From the IMG/VR virus record IMGVR_UViG_3300044724_011122, positions 1-42,573 of that record: a DNA stretch of 42,573 bases; one strand, 5' to 3'. Every line of letters begins with the position of its first letter. Position 1 is the stretch's first letter. The DNA is from a virus (lineage: Duplodnaviria > Caudoviricetes). Of this stretch, positions 18,855 through 29,245 are shown piece by piece. A model generated the notes under the pieces. The model was not told the origin of the DNA. It was given only the letters and a program-made list of their open reading frames with translations, and did no database searches. The translations under genes were made by a program, and so were the position numbers.

Positions 18855-21800
18855 TTAAGACAAGTTTAAGTGAGTTGTTCCGATTTCAATTGGCTGTACG
18901 TCTTCTTGTATGCCAAGGTAATTGCTCGGAAGCGGGCCGGATAGTTGCCCCCTATAATTTTGTCCGACCCCATACACCGTGCCGTCTGTCTTTAAATATA
19001 ATGTATTGCCGGGTGATGCTGATATTGTAGCAACATCTTGGATCGGGTTACCACTAAGTAATACCTGCTCCGGGCAGAATGTATTACCGCCCAAATTTCC
19101 TAAAGCTCCCAAGCCATCATATCCGCAGGCCCACACCGTGCCATCGCTCTTTAAAAATACGCTGTGCCTACCTCCCGCAGATATTCCAACTACACCACTT
19201 AACTCACCACCAGCACAATTTAATACCTGCACAGGGTTGCCTCGATCCGTGCTCGTCCCGTCTCCCAGCATACCACTATCATTATCTCCGCAGGCCCATA
19301 CCGTTTCATCGCTCTTTAAAAATAGGCTGTGATCTCTTCCCGCAGATATTCCCACTACATCACTAAAACTACTGCCGTCGGTATTTTTGACCTGCACAGG
19401 GTTGCTTCGATTCGTGTTCCTATCCCCGTCTCCTAGTTGGCCGAAAGCATCGCTTCCGCAGGCCCACACCGTGTTATCGTTCTTTAAAAATAGGCTGTGA
19501 TTTCTTCCCGCAGATATTCCCACTACATCACTAAAACTACTGCCGTCGGTATTTTTGACCTGCACAGGGTTGCTTTGATTCGTGGTCGTCCCGTCTCCCA
19601 GTTGGCCATTATCATTCCATCCGCAGCCCCACACCGTGCCATCGCTCTTTAAAAATAGGTTGTGATGACTTCCCGCAGATATTCCAACTACATCCCCAAA
19701 ACTACTGCCGTTGGTATTTAATACCTGCACAGGGTTGCTTCGATTCGTGGTCGTCCCGTCTCCTAGTTGGTTGTAAGCATTCCATCCGCAGGCCCACACC
19801 GTGCCATCGCTCTTTAAAAATAGGCTGTGACTATGTCCCGCAGATATTTCAACTACATCCCCAAAACTACTGCCGTTGGTATTTAATACCTGCACAGGGC
19901 TTCTTCGACTCGTGGTCGTCCCGTCTCCCAGTTGGCCACTATCATTCCGACCGCATGCTAATACTGTGCTATCGCTTTTCAAGAACATTGAGTGGTCCTT
20001 TCCGGAAGATATATCAGCAGATGCCGGTTCATTGATAAATGTAGCATTTACCGTTACATTATCTGAAGGCATCGAGAATTCTTGAGTTCCGTCACCCTTG
20101 TCAGTTAGTGTGACTTCCGATCCAGAGCTATCTATGACCGTTAATGTGTCTAAAATTTTGTCTGAATCTGGGATGACCGTCAAAGTCACCAATTCGTCTT
20201 TTGAGGCACTAGTTTTATTGCTAGATACAGAACCCCCCGTTATGCCAGAATTAATCGTAACATCGTATGTTATTATCGTGAACGATACATCAATAGTAAC
20301 ATTACCCACGGGCATTGTGAAGCTATACCCTGCTCCAGTGTTGGATGTGGCAATATCAGTTCCGTCTGAATCTAGAGAAACAACTACAGATTCTTCGTAT
20401 TCGTTGTTAGGAGTTACCGTAAAAGTAATAGTATCTCCATTTGTTGCCGTACCACTATAATCAGAGAGCGACCCCGATAGTTGAGCATCCCCATTGGTCA
20501 TTGGGTTGTTGATGGATATATCAGAGGTTACTGGGATAAATGAAAACAAAGCATTAATCGTTACATCTGCAGAGGGCATAATGAAAGTATACTCTAGACC
20601 ACTAATAGAATTTAATGTTATTTCATTGGATAAAGAATCTATAACTGTTAATGATGATAGCTGATAACCTGGATTCGGCTGCAATGTAAGTTGAACCTCT
20701 TGTGTTTCATTCGCAGAACCACTAGGTACAGTAGATACAGATCCTCCAGTAATGCTGCCTAAACTAATCGAGTAAGAGTTAAGTTGAATAAACTCAGCAT
20801 TAATTGATATATCGCTTGCGGGCATATCAAATGTTAATGTCCCGTCTGAATTATCTGTATATGAAATATTATTACCTGATGTATCAGTGATCGTGGCAGA
20901 CGAAAAAGCATACCCATTTTGAGTATTAATCGTTAATGTAACTGTTGAAAGTTCAGCAGCGCTATATTTATCCGGTATTACTGATCCACCGACAATACCC
21001 CCGATCAGTGTTATATCGTATGTGACCAAAGAGAAGCTGGCGGTCGCAGTAATATTATCAGCAGGCATTGTAAGGCTGTATGATCCATCTTGATTGGCTA
21101 CTGTGTTTACTGTTTCGTTATTTGAGTTTGTTACTGTAATACCTTCAAAAGAATATGTTTGATTAGGAGTAGGTGTTAATGTAATACTGTTGTTCTGAAA
21201 GGCACTATTGGATGGATCGCTAACGAGAGAGCCGTTAACTATATCTGGGTCAATAATTATATTGTAGCTTGGTAAGCTGCTAAAGCTAGCGCTGATAGTA
21301 ACATCTTCCCCAGGCATAGAGAATATAAAATTTCCGTTATTTAATAGGGTCGGGCTAAATGAAGCCGTGGAGATATCCCCAGTAACCGTGATTGTTTCAA
21401 TTGCATACCCATTTTCAGGCACAGGGGTCAGTGAGACTGTGTCACCTTTAGATGCCGATGGACTATTTGGCTCAATAGAACCATTGGTCATACTTGCGTC
21501 AATCGAGATATTTAAAGCTGCAACGGCAGATGTTGTAGTAGACAAATCAACAACTAATAAATTTCCCTCTGGCTTGTACCCTAAGTTCCCGACTTCATAT
21601 GGCCATAGGCCGATACTTAATTTTGTTGCCCTTATTGGTGTAATAGTGCTTGTTGGGCCATATTTAATATCGGGTAAAAATCCTACGCCAAATATGAATC
21701 CTTCTTGATCTTTTAATAGGGTACTTTCAAACCCAGCATGCAAACTAGTAAATGCATGGGCCTGTAACCCAAAGATGCCATCCACTTGCTTAGCATAAGG

Positions 21801-24800
21801 ATGGTATGTCCCTGTAGTTGTGTACCCTAATTGATTTTGATTGTTTCGCCCAAATGAAAAAACTGTTCCTTCAGTATTTATTAAAACAGTATGATTCCCT
21901 CCGCAATCAATTATGTTAATATTGGCGACATCTATAGCATTTCCCGCTGATTCTGTGCCGCTAGATAAAACCTTAACAGGGTAATTCCTGCTTTCGTTAG
22001 TACCGTCCCCTAGCTGCCCATGCTCATTTGACCCAACACTGTAAACAGTTTTGTCGTTCGATAAAAAGGCCGCATGTTTTATTCCAGAGGAAATATCAAT
22101 TATGGAGCTCAGGGCAATAGCATCACCGCCCTCGACAGAGCCTGACTCAAGTACTTGCACTGGGTCACGCCTATCTAAATTTGTGCCATCACCAAGTTGG
22201 CCAAAATCATTAAATCCGTCGGCCCAAACATTACCATTTATGTCTAGATAATAATTCTGGCTGCCTGAGGCCGTAATAGCGGTAATCGTAGGTAAATTTG
22301 CTATCTGGACTAAAGTATTTTCAGTTCTTGATTTTACAGTGACCGTTATAAAAATATTTGCATTACTAACGGTGCTCAAATTAGCCGTCCCGTCACTATT
22401 GACACCATCCCTTGAGTATATATAATATCGACCAGAAGATGATAGTGTTTTTTGCAACACACCCTCGACACTGTACTCTGATATTGGGCTACCGAAAGAA
22501 TCATTGGATATGTATATATCATCATCTGGGCTAGTAGTGAAATTTGCAGTGTTATTAATAATTATCGTATCACCTTCTTCCACAACAATGCTTGAGCCAT
22601 TCACCACCCCTTCTAAGTCGTCTCCTTGAAGTGCAAGGGACCCATCTATAGTAATGTTGAATTTTCTTCTAGAGTAACCGGGGAATTGATTGCCGTAAAA
22701 GTAAACAGCCCCATTATCATCAAGGAAGATGGAGTGGTTAGATCCTGATGCAGATGCAACTATATTAGATAGACCATTAATTTTAACGGGTTCGTGTGTC
22801 CCAAATTGAGAGAGCACTGGCGAATCACTAAGGAAGTTTCTCTTTAAACTTGACCCAAGTTGATAAACATCCCCAATAGAGTCAATTATCACTATATGTG
22901 ACCCCCCCACACTAATTTCTAGGGAGTTAGAAAAAGGATCAAATAGCTCGCCCTGATTCGTGGATCTTTCTGAACCCAGGACATATCCGCTTTGCATCGA
23001 TTCCGATAATGCAGAACTTGAAGGATTTAAAACTGGAAGCACCTGCCCCTTTGTATCCGTAAAAAAACAAGCTGAGGAGTGTTTATTATTAAAAACATTA
23101 ACAGCATTAAAAATATAAGAGTCATTTTTATTATTGTAATTATATTCTCCAATTGTATTAATTGCTTGCCCTTGCAACATGGCAACTGTTTTACCATCTG
23201 AGCTACTATGCTTAATAATATTAAAATCTTCAGTAAAAGAAGTATTTATTAAATCATTATTATATACCTGTTTATCATCAACAAATTCAAGTTTAGCATT
23301 ATAGCCTGCATGTATAGAATCTTGATAGTTAATGCTGTAAAAAGATTTGTCATAAAGATTAGTTTGGTTAACACCATTTTTTAAGTTTCCATAATCAGGA
23401 CTGTTAATAATTTTAAAGTCTCCATTACTGTCGAGATATGAAATATATTTGGTAATTTTACTATCTGAATAATCATTAAAAGCCCTATCTACCTCGCCCC
23501 AACCGGCGACAGATGTGTGGTCTGCTGAATCTTGACCAAAAGGAATTTTGGTAGCTATATTATAAACTTGATAAAGATCTTGTTTGTTTTGATTTAAATC
23601 TGTATATGTGCCGATTTTAATGGGACTCTTAAAGCTGTCCTGCATTTGATACTCCCACACCATTGATGTTTTAGTGCCTGGGTCGTATTCGTTGCTTATT
23701 AATGATGCCTCTCCGAGTTGAGAGTTCCATATATAGTTTTTAGACTCTGGCGCAAATGCGGTCTTGGCTCTTTTAATGGGGGCGATGCCTAGGCTCCAGC
23801 TATTATTAACTGAATCCCATATATATATCTCCGTACTACCCTCTGTCGGCCATTGTGAAAAATCGCTTCGATCTTTAAAGTTAAAGATATCAGGGGATGG
23901 ATTGGCACTGCAAGACATAAACACTCCATCCCTGCTGACCTGAGAATCAAATAATCCTAATCTGGTTTCAGATACAGGTTGAAATATTTTATTGCCAGAA
24001 GCATCAATACTGATTTGTTGAAAATTAAGAGTCGACCCGTACACAGCAGAGACGTCTCCCGAATTTAAACCATAAGTAGTGATCCGCCCACACCTAACAG
24101 CGCTAGGCACGGAATAATCTGGTTCTGATATTACAATTTTATTATCTGGACAAATATATACTTGATGGCCAAATCTGCCAGCAGTAACCCTGGAAAAATG
24201 AGGGTATATTTTTTGGTAAGATTTGAAATATGCAGAAGATTCGCTCACCCCAAAGCTAGACTCTCCTATACCGTGCAAGGATTGATCTGTTTTTAAGACC
24301 TGCCCATAATAATGGGTGTTGTTGCTAGCAGTTTGATGCAACTCGGCGTTAAGGGCATCATTCATCACGAAAACTTCTCTATCTGCTACCAGATTGCCTT
24401 CTGCGTCATTATAATAAATTGACCTATAGTCGCCTTGCTGGCTTTTCTCGGTTGGGTTTGTGGGCCAGCCTAATGACCAGAGGCTATCATCTGATTTAAT
24501 CAAGTACAGGGCATTTCCAGTGGCACTCACCTTGCTTACCGCAAGCCCTGAATTATTTACCAGTTTTTCAAATCTATAAGAGTATCTAAAGGTTCCACCC
24601 AGTGAAGTAGATCTAGTTGTCTTGCACCATAAGCTGCCATCTGTTTTAATAATAAACAAATGCCTGCCGTCACTTGATGTGAATACAGATTGATTGTTGT
24701 TATTGCTCGAATCAATTTCAATAGGTGAATGATTATTTAGTAAGCCAGTTAATCCTGCAATTTTTCCAGAACTGTCATCTCCGAGGCCGAAAAGGGTATT

Positions 24801-27800
24801 GTCACTAGTAATATAAAACAATACACCCTGGCCGGCTGCGAAACTGATAACATCATCTGCAATCTTTATTGAATCAGAGCTCCATTGAGCTTCTCCTCCG
24901 TTGGTGCCCAGTTGGCTGTAAAGATTGGAGCCCCTTCCCCATAAGGTATTATCATCTTTGAGGTAATATAAATTTCCGTCCACTATAACTGCATCCGACA
25001 CATTTTGAGCTTCAATTTTATGCCAAAAGAAATTGGCGTTATAAGTCCATGTATTGCTACCTGTCGAGAATGTAGAATTATACCTGCTTGATATTTCTCC
25101 AAAATAATTACTTCCGGACCCCCATAGGCTACCGTCGTTTTTGATGATTACTAAATTGAAAGAAGGGTGCTCAAACGAATTATCAAAGCTCGATATATTA
25201 TCTTTACTAAATCTTCCAATATAAGATACTTTACTAATATTATCTAGGATTTCTGTGCCTGTTCCATCAATATATGATATCGGTTGAAGGGTTCCTATTT
25301 CTGATTCAGTATTCCTTTGATATTTATCGGCATCTATTGTTCCCCATGTATTATTGCCATATCCGGCCAGCTTCCCCTCGCTAGTCACTATGAAATTATC
25401 GGAAAAATCAGATACAGTTATCCCGTTGTCAAAGGCACTAGGCGGCGGAGTTAGCATCTTAGATGCGGTTTTGTGAGATGCATTATTAAAGTTATCCATT
25501 GGGCTTGCATCCGATACTAAGCTAAAGCTATCATTTGGTGCGCTTCTACTTAAGCCTATCACTCCAAGATGCTGGTCTGTGTGCAAAAATGCTGAAACAA
25601 AATATGCGCCTCCATCCCATTTGTAATAAACACAATAGCCGCCTCCTGGAGCCCCAACTAGTAGGCCAGAACCGTCAGCAGAAATCGATACTGAGTGGCC
25701 GAACTCATCTGAATCTCTTGCCGCATAATTAGCCCACTCAAATTCAACATCATCCGGGTCAAAATCAAAGCAAGACAATGCAGGGCCTCTTTGTACGTAT
25801 TCCCCAGTTGACCTATCGTAGATATAGACTTTATTTTTAGACGAGTTACCTATCGCTATTAACAATCCGTCTTCGCTCAAATCGAAAGAAGTAGCTTTAT
25901 CAGCATAAATATGTTTTGTTATCTGCCCTAAATATGTATAGTCATATTCCTGGCTTGGGTTATCCAGCTTGCGCCAATCTGTATTATGTTCAATTTTGAT
26001 TACCTGACTTTCTTCGATAGCCTTTGCATTATCTCTTGCCGAACCAGATCCAGTTACTTTGGTATACCCGGCAGAATTTAGCGAAAGTGTGTCAAGGGAA
26101 TTTGCCTCAGATGTTCTAATGTCATCGGTTTGATACAAAACCTCATAACTTAAACTGGTAAGCCTGGGTAATTCAATATAAGAGCTAGACAGCTCAATTG
26201 GGGTAGGCAAACTGAGCCCGATTGTTTGAGCTTCTTGTAGGTAATCCAAGAAACCATCTCCGTCTAAATCATCAATATCAGATATGACGGATGTTGGCCT
26301 GGTTTGCGAGACAGGGAGGTACAGTGATGTTCCATCTTGAGAGGCTGTTATTTCAACTGAGCCACTATTTTTTAATAACATTTTATCTCCATCAATCTCA
26401 ATAATGGAAGGGTCGCTAGTTGAGTATGTAATTGGCAGCCCAGTATTAGAAGATGTGCTGGTAGAGTATGAGTATGCAGCAAGTTGAACATCTCCACCTG
26501 AAACATAATAAGAAGAATCTAAAGTAAAGTCAAATATACTTTGGCTGTACTGCACCGCCGCTGTAACATTAGCTGTTATGGATATATTTTCTGCCGGAAG
26601 AAAGTTTTCGTTTCCATCTTGTGAGGCTTCTATTGTGAATTGACCTTCGGATAAAAGCATTATGGTGTCTCCAGAGAATACACCGGTATCGATTTCCTTA
26701 AAATCAATAATCGTGCCTGATCCACTCGTGATACTATATGTAACAGGTAAGCCGGATGAGGATGATGCTTGTAATTGGTATTCTGATAATGCTAAGTTGA
26801 GGTCACTAATTGCATCAAAAGTGATAACTTGAGGCTGTTGGTATGGATGAGGATCGATTGAATCCATGACTCCATCACCATCCGAGTCTCTATCTTGAGC
26901 AGTAATGCTTTGAGTTAAACTATCCGCTGGTAAAAACTTAGAGTTGCCAGGTTGACTTGCTGTAATATCAAAATCACCAACACCTAAGATAGTAAGCTTG
27001 TTTCGGTCAGTGATTGCTCCAATTAATGGGTCGGAGCTCGCAAATTCCACATTCAGTCCAGAATCAGAGAATGCGGATAAATATATAGTATCACCAATAT
27101 AAATATCTGATAAATCTTGGTTGGCATTCCACTCAAGTGTTTGTGATGTTTTCTGTCCAAATATTAATTGAGCAGAAGATATAGTTGCTGTAAGGTTATA
27201 CGATGGGGCATCGGCCACTAATGTGAGGGTAATATCTCTCGGGGGCATTCTGAACGAGAAACTGGGAAAATTCGATGAATCATTTAGAATAGCTGCAGGC
27301 TCCCCATCTGCTTGATATATCCAATGTAAGAATTCTGTACCAGGAGCAATGTTGGTAAGTGAAACCGTAACTTCTTCATCGTAACTCTTAACACCATCTC
27401 CTGAAACATCAGCTATTCCATCAATACCAATAACTGTAGCAGTGTATTCGGCTACAACAAAATTAGCCCTAATTACCGTGTCTTGATTTGGTACTATAAA
27501 TGTTGGTTTTTTGTCAGTTGTATCAAGGGTCGGGATTGATGCTCCAGCTGTCAGAATCTCCCATGTATCAAGTTCGTACCCGTTTACAGGAAGGGCGGTT
27601 AGCTGTATGCTATCTCCTGCCTCTTTACGTGCAGATCCATAGACTAGTCCAAAATTTTCGTCGCTTGATATTGCTTCTATATATGATGTTATTTTGCTAT
27701 AATTAAAGTTGAGGACTACATTTTGATCGGGCATAGTAAGGCTTAAAGCTTCATCCTGACTGAGGATATTAATCTCAGTACTAGTCCACCCATTAAAATT

Positions 27801-29213
27801 ATAGCTTGGGTCGGCGCTTTCTGCCGTAACTGCAAAAGTGTCTCCCGCCATAAAAGTCCCAGATAATATAAGCTTGTCATTCCCTATGTAACCGATCCCA
27901 TTGTCAGTCTTAGAATAACTAATCACCACAGAGTATTCATTGCTTTGAAAAATAGGTTTAATGGAGACGTCATTTGGGGGCATTACAAATGTAAGGTCAG
28001 GATCTGATGTTTGAGCTGCCGAAAGCGATATTCCTTCAACTTCCCAACTTACAAAAGTGTATTTGCTGTCAGAAGGGTTCGGAGATAAGGACACTAAGCT
28101 TTGGTAGTCCTTTAAGCCCCCGCCTGAAGCAGAGCCCTCGATAGAGTCAATGACATTGACCGAGTATTGTAAGGCTGTAAAAACACCTTCAATCTCGACA
28201 GACTTTTGGGGCATTGTGAATACACCAATTGAGGCTATATTGGTTTGACCTATACTGTCAACCAAGGACTGATCATTATTTTCAAAAATATTAACATCGC
28301 CGCTTTGCCAGCCCTCAAATTTATACCCAGCTTTTGGCTCAGCAATGATAATAACTTCTTGCTTTTCTGAGTATATCCCGAAACCTGTATCCTGAGTAAT
28401 TCCAGCATCTGGATTTTGGTTTAAAAACTTTACACCATAATTCGCTTGACCTGAATCAATGAAATTGTAAGATGGAGTAATGCTTACATGGTGCTGAGGC
28501 ATTGAGAATGTAATGCTTGTAGATTTAGCCTCTGATTCAGTGAGATTTAAATCATTAGTGATCCACCGATCAAAAACTCTTTGATATCCAGCTGTAGCTT
28601 GCAGGGTGATTTGTGTCCCAGGAAGATATCCTTTGTAAGAAATATCTTCTCCATTTTGGGTCTCAGTACCTTCGGAGGAATCTGTATTAATTGTTAAAAA
28701 TGCAAATCTACCAATAGTATTGTCATTATCGTTTAAATCTACGGAGGAGTCTATACCATCTCCGTCACGATCTATGCCAGTTGCAGACACCTGAACAAAA
28801 GTATTGCCAAGATTATTTAAATCTATACAATCGTTGTCATTGAAGCAGATATATGAGCCATCCATAGACTGGATAGCCTTAGTGATCCCGTCAACTGTAA
28901 TTAATTGGCTAATATAAAATGTTGCATCATGAATCGACCGAATTGCATATCGGTAGCCCTCTTGATCGTAAATATATTTAAACCCTGGATCAGGCTGATG
29001 TATGCTGTAATCCTTGTCGTTAAATATTCCGTAATCAGGCCCAATATAGTCAGATTCTTGACCTGGTTCATACCCTTGGTTTTTGTAGCTATTTTTTTCT
29101 GTATGTTTATACCAAAGCTGTCGTCCGTTAACTTTAAAAACATTAACTGTATTGCCATTAAATGTGGACGAATCTAGTGCAGATATATCAAAATTAAAAT
29201 TATTAGTGGCCAT
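18855..29213 (-). CDS. Giant adhesin-like protein (3452 aa): InlB-B/Ig-like repeats, DxDGDG motifs, FG-GAP and RCC1 propellers, C-terminal RCC1 propeller
   Basis: N-terminus is homologous to that of the 3680-aa protein. Many ...GY.F..W...F.MP..DV repeats, SSSGLPVTY-type Ig-like repeats, DRDSDGDG motifs and seven C-terminal RCC1-like blades. Confidence 0.85.
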   Translation of the reverse strand: MATNNFNFDISALDSSTFNGNTVNVFKVNGRQLWYKHTEKNSYKNQGYEPGQESDYIGPDYGIFNDKDYSIHQPDPGFKYIYDQEGYRYAIRSIHDATFYISQLITVDGITKAIQSMDGSYICFNDNDCIDLNNLGNTFVQVSATGIDRDGDGIDSSVDLNDNDNTIGRFAFLTINTDSSEGTETQNGEDISYKGYLPGTQITLQATAGYQRVFDRWITNDLNLTESEAKSTSITFSMPQHHVSITPSYNFIDSGQANYGVKFLNQNPDAGITQDTGFGIYSEKQEVIIIAEPKAGYKFEGWQSGDVNIFENNDQSLVDSIGQTNIASIGVFTMPQKSVEIEGVFTALQYSVNVIDSIEGSASGGGLKDYQSLVSLSPNPSDSKYTFVSWEVEGISLSAAQTSDPDLTFVMPPNDVSIKPIFQSNEYSVVISYSKTDNGIGYIGNDKLILSGTFMAGDTFAVTAESADPSYNFNGWTSTEINILSQDEALSLTMPDQNVVLNFNYSKITSYIEAISSDENFGLVYGSARKEAGDSIQLTALPVNGYELDTWEILTAGASIPTLDTTDKKPTFIVPNQDTVIRANFVVAEYTATVIGIDGIADVSGDGVKSYDEEVTVSLTNIAPGTEFLHWIYQADGEPAAILNDSSNFPSFSFRMPPRDITLTLVADAPSYNLTATISSAQLIFGQKTSQTLEWNANQDLSDIYIGDTIYLSAFSDSGLNVEFASSDPLIGAITDRNKLTILGVGDFDITASQPGNSKFLPADSLTQSITAQDRDSDGDGVMDSIDPHPYQQPQVITFDAISDLNLALSEYQLQASSSSGLPVTYSITSGSGTIIDFKEIDTGVFSGDTIMLLSEGQFTIEASQDGNENFLPAENISITANVTAAVQYSQSIFDFTLDSSYYVSGGDVQLAAYSYSTSTSSNTGLPITYSTSDPSIIEIDGDKMLLKNSGSVEITASQDGTSLYLPVSQTRPTSVISDIDDLDGDGFLDYLQEAQTIGLSLPTPIELSSSYIELPRLTSLSYEVLYQTDDIRTSEANSLDTLSLNSAGYTKVTGSGSARDNAKAIEESQVIKIEHNTDWRKLDNPSQEYDYTYLGQITKHIYADKATSFDLSEDGLLIAIGNSSKNKVYIYDRSTGEYVQRGPALSCFDFDPDDVEFEWANYAARDSDEFGHSVSISADGSGLLVGAPGGGYCVYYKWDGGAYFVSAFLHTDQHLGVIGLSRSAPNDSFSLVSDASPMDNFNNASHKTASKMLTPPPSAFDNGITVSDFSDNFIVTSEGKLAGYGNNTWGTIDADKYQRNTESEIGTLQPISYIDGTGTEILDNISKVSYIGRFSKDNISSFDNSFEHPSFNLVIIKNDGSLWGSGSNYFGEISSRYNSTFSTGSNTWTYNANFFWHKIEAQNVSDAVIVDGNLYYLKDDNTLWGRGSNLYSQLGTNGGEAQWSSDSIKIADDVISFAAGQGVLFYITSDNTLFGLGDDSSGKIAGLTGLLNNHSPIEIDSSNNNNQSVFTSSDGRHLFIIKTDGSLWCKTTRSTSLGGTFRYSYRFEKLVNNSGLAVSKVSATGNALYLIKSDDSLWSLGWPTNPTEKSQQGDYRSIYYNDAEGNLVADREVFVMNDALNAELHQTASNNTHYYGQVLKTDQSLHGIGESSFGVSESSAYFKSYQKIYPHFSRVTAGRFGHQVYICPDNKIVISEPDYSVPSAVRCGRITTYGLNSGDVSAVYGSTLNFQQISIDASGNKIFQPVSETRLGLFDSQVSRDGVFMSCSANPSPDIFNFKDRSDFSQWPTEGSTEIYIWDSVNNSWSLGIAPIKRAKTAFAPESKNYIWNSQLGEASLISNEYDPGTKTSMVWEYQMQDSFKSPIKIGTYTDLNQNKQDLYQVYNIATKIPFGQDSADHTSVAGWGEVDRAFNDYSDSKITKYISYLDSNGDFKIINSPDYGNLKNGVNQTNLYDKSFYSINYQDSIHAGYNAKLEFVDDKQVYNNDLINTSFTEDFNIIKHSSSDGKTVAMLQGQAINTIGEYNYNNKNDSYIFNAVNVFNNKHSSACFFTDTKGQVLPVLNPSSSALSESMQSGYVLGSERSTNQGELFDPFSNSLEISVGGSHIVIIDSIGDVYQLGSSLKRNFLSDSPVLSQFGTHEPVKINGLSNIVASASGSNHSIFLDDNGAVYFYGNQFPGYSRRKFNITIDGSLALQGDDLEGVVNGSSIVVEEGDTIIINNTANFTTSPDDDIYISNDSFGSPISEYSVEGVLQKTLSSSGRYYIYSRDGVNSDGTANLSTVSNANIFITVTVKSRTENTLVQIANLPTITAITASGSQNYYLDINGNVWADGFNDFGQLGDGTNLDRRDPVQVLESGSVEGGDAIALSSIIDISSGIKHAAFLSNDKTVYSVGSNEHGQLGDGTNESRNYPVKVLSSGTESAGNAIDVANINIIDCGGNHTVLINTEGTVFSFGRNNQNQLGYTTTGTYHPYAKQVDGIFGLQAHAFTSLHAGFESTLLKDQEGFIFGVGFLPDIKYGPTSTITPIRATKLSIGLWPYEVGNLGYKPEGNLLVVDLSTTTSAVAALNISIDASMTNGSIEPNSPSASKGDTVSLTPVPENGYAIETITVTGDISTASFSPTLLNNGNFIFSMPGEDVTISASFSSLPSYNIIIDPDIVNGSLVSDPSNSAFQNNSITLTPTPNQTYSFEGITVTNSNNETVNTVANQDGSYSLTMPADNITATASFSLVTYDITLIGGIVGGSVIPDKYSAAELSTVTLTINTQNGYAFSSATITDTSGNNISYTDNSDGTLTFDMPASDISINAEFIQLNSYSISLGSITGGSVSTVPSGSANETQEVQLTLQPNPGYQLSSLTVIDSLSNEITLNSISGLEYTFIMPSADVTINALFSFIPVTSDISINNPMTNGDAQLSGSLSDYSGTATNGDTITFTVTPNNEYEESVVVSLDSDGTDIATSNTGAGYSFTMPVGNVTIDVSFTIITYDVTINSGITGGSVSSNKTSASKDELVTLTVIPDSDKILDTLTVIDSSGSEVTLTDKGDGTQEFSMPSDNVTVNATFINEPASADISSGKDHSMFLKSDSTVLACGRNDSGQLGDGTTTSRRSPVQVLNTNGSSFGDVVEISAGHSHSLFLKSDGTVWACGWNAYNQLGDGTTTNRSNPVQVLNTNGSSFGDVVGISAGSHHNLFLKSDGTVWGCGWNDNGQLGDGTTTNQSNPVQVKNTDGSSFSDVVGISAGRNHSLFLKNDNTVWACGSDAFGQLGDGDRNTNRSNPVQVKNTDGSSFSDVVGISAGRDHSLFLKSDETVWACGDNDSGMLGDGTSTDRGNPVQVLNCAGGELSGVVGISAGGRHSVFLKSDGTVWACGYDGLGALGNLGGNTFCPEQVLLSGNPIQDVATISASPGNTLYLKTDGTVYGVGQNYRGQLSGPLPSNYLGIQEDVQPIEIGTTHLNLS
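19122..19955 (-). repeat. Array A: about five tandem near-identical 165/168-bp RCC1 repeat units
   Basis: The ccgca anchor recurs at 19123, 19288, 19456, 19621, 19786 and 19951. Sampled GC is about 51% (19621-19800) versus about 25-38% in sampled flanking lines. Confidence 0.95.
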
Positions 29214-29229
29214 ACCTACTATATTACAC
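29214..29229 (-). promoter_or_regulatory. Putative phage late promoter element upstream of the 3452-aa gene
   Basis: Minus strand reads GTGTAATATAGTAGGT-ATG; a second TGTAATATA overlaps the upstream stop codon. Confidence 0.7.
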
Positions 29230-29245
29230 GTATATCTAACATATA

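Noticed and set aside
18828-18857. Read-through fusion of the 3452-aa and 2036-aa proteins, or genome-wide stop-codon recoding
   Set aside because: The in-frame gap has a second TAA, the 3680/3452 gap is out of frame, and standard code already gives dense, intact genes.
19122-19955. Repeat arrays as a CRISPR array
   Set aside because: Units are 165-168 bp, in frame and protein-coding, with no unique spacers and no cas genes.
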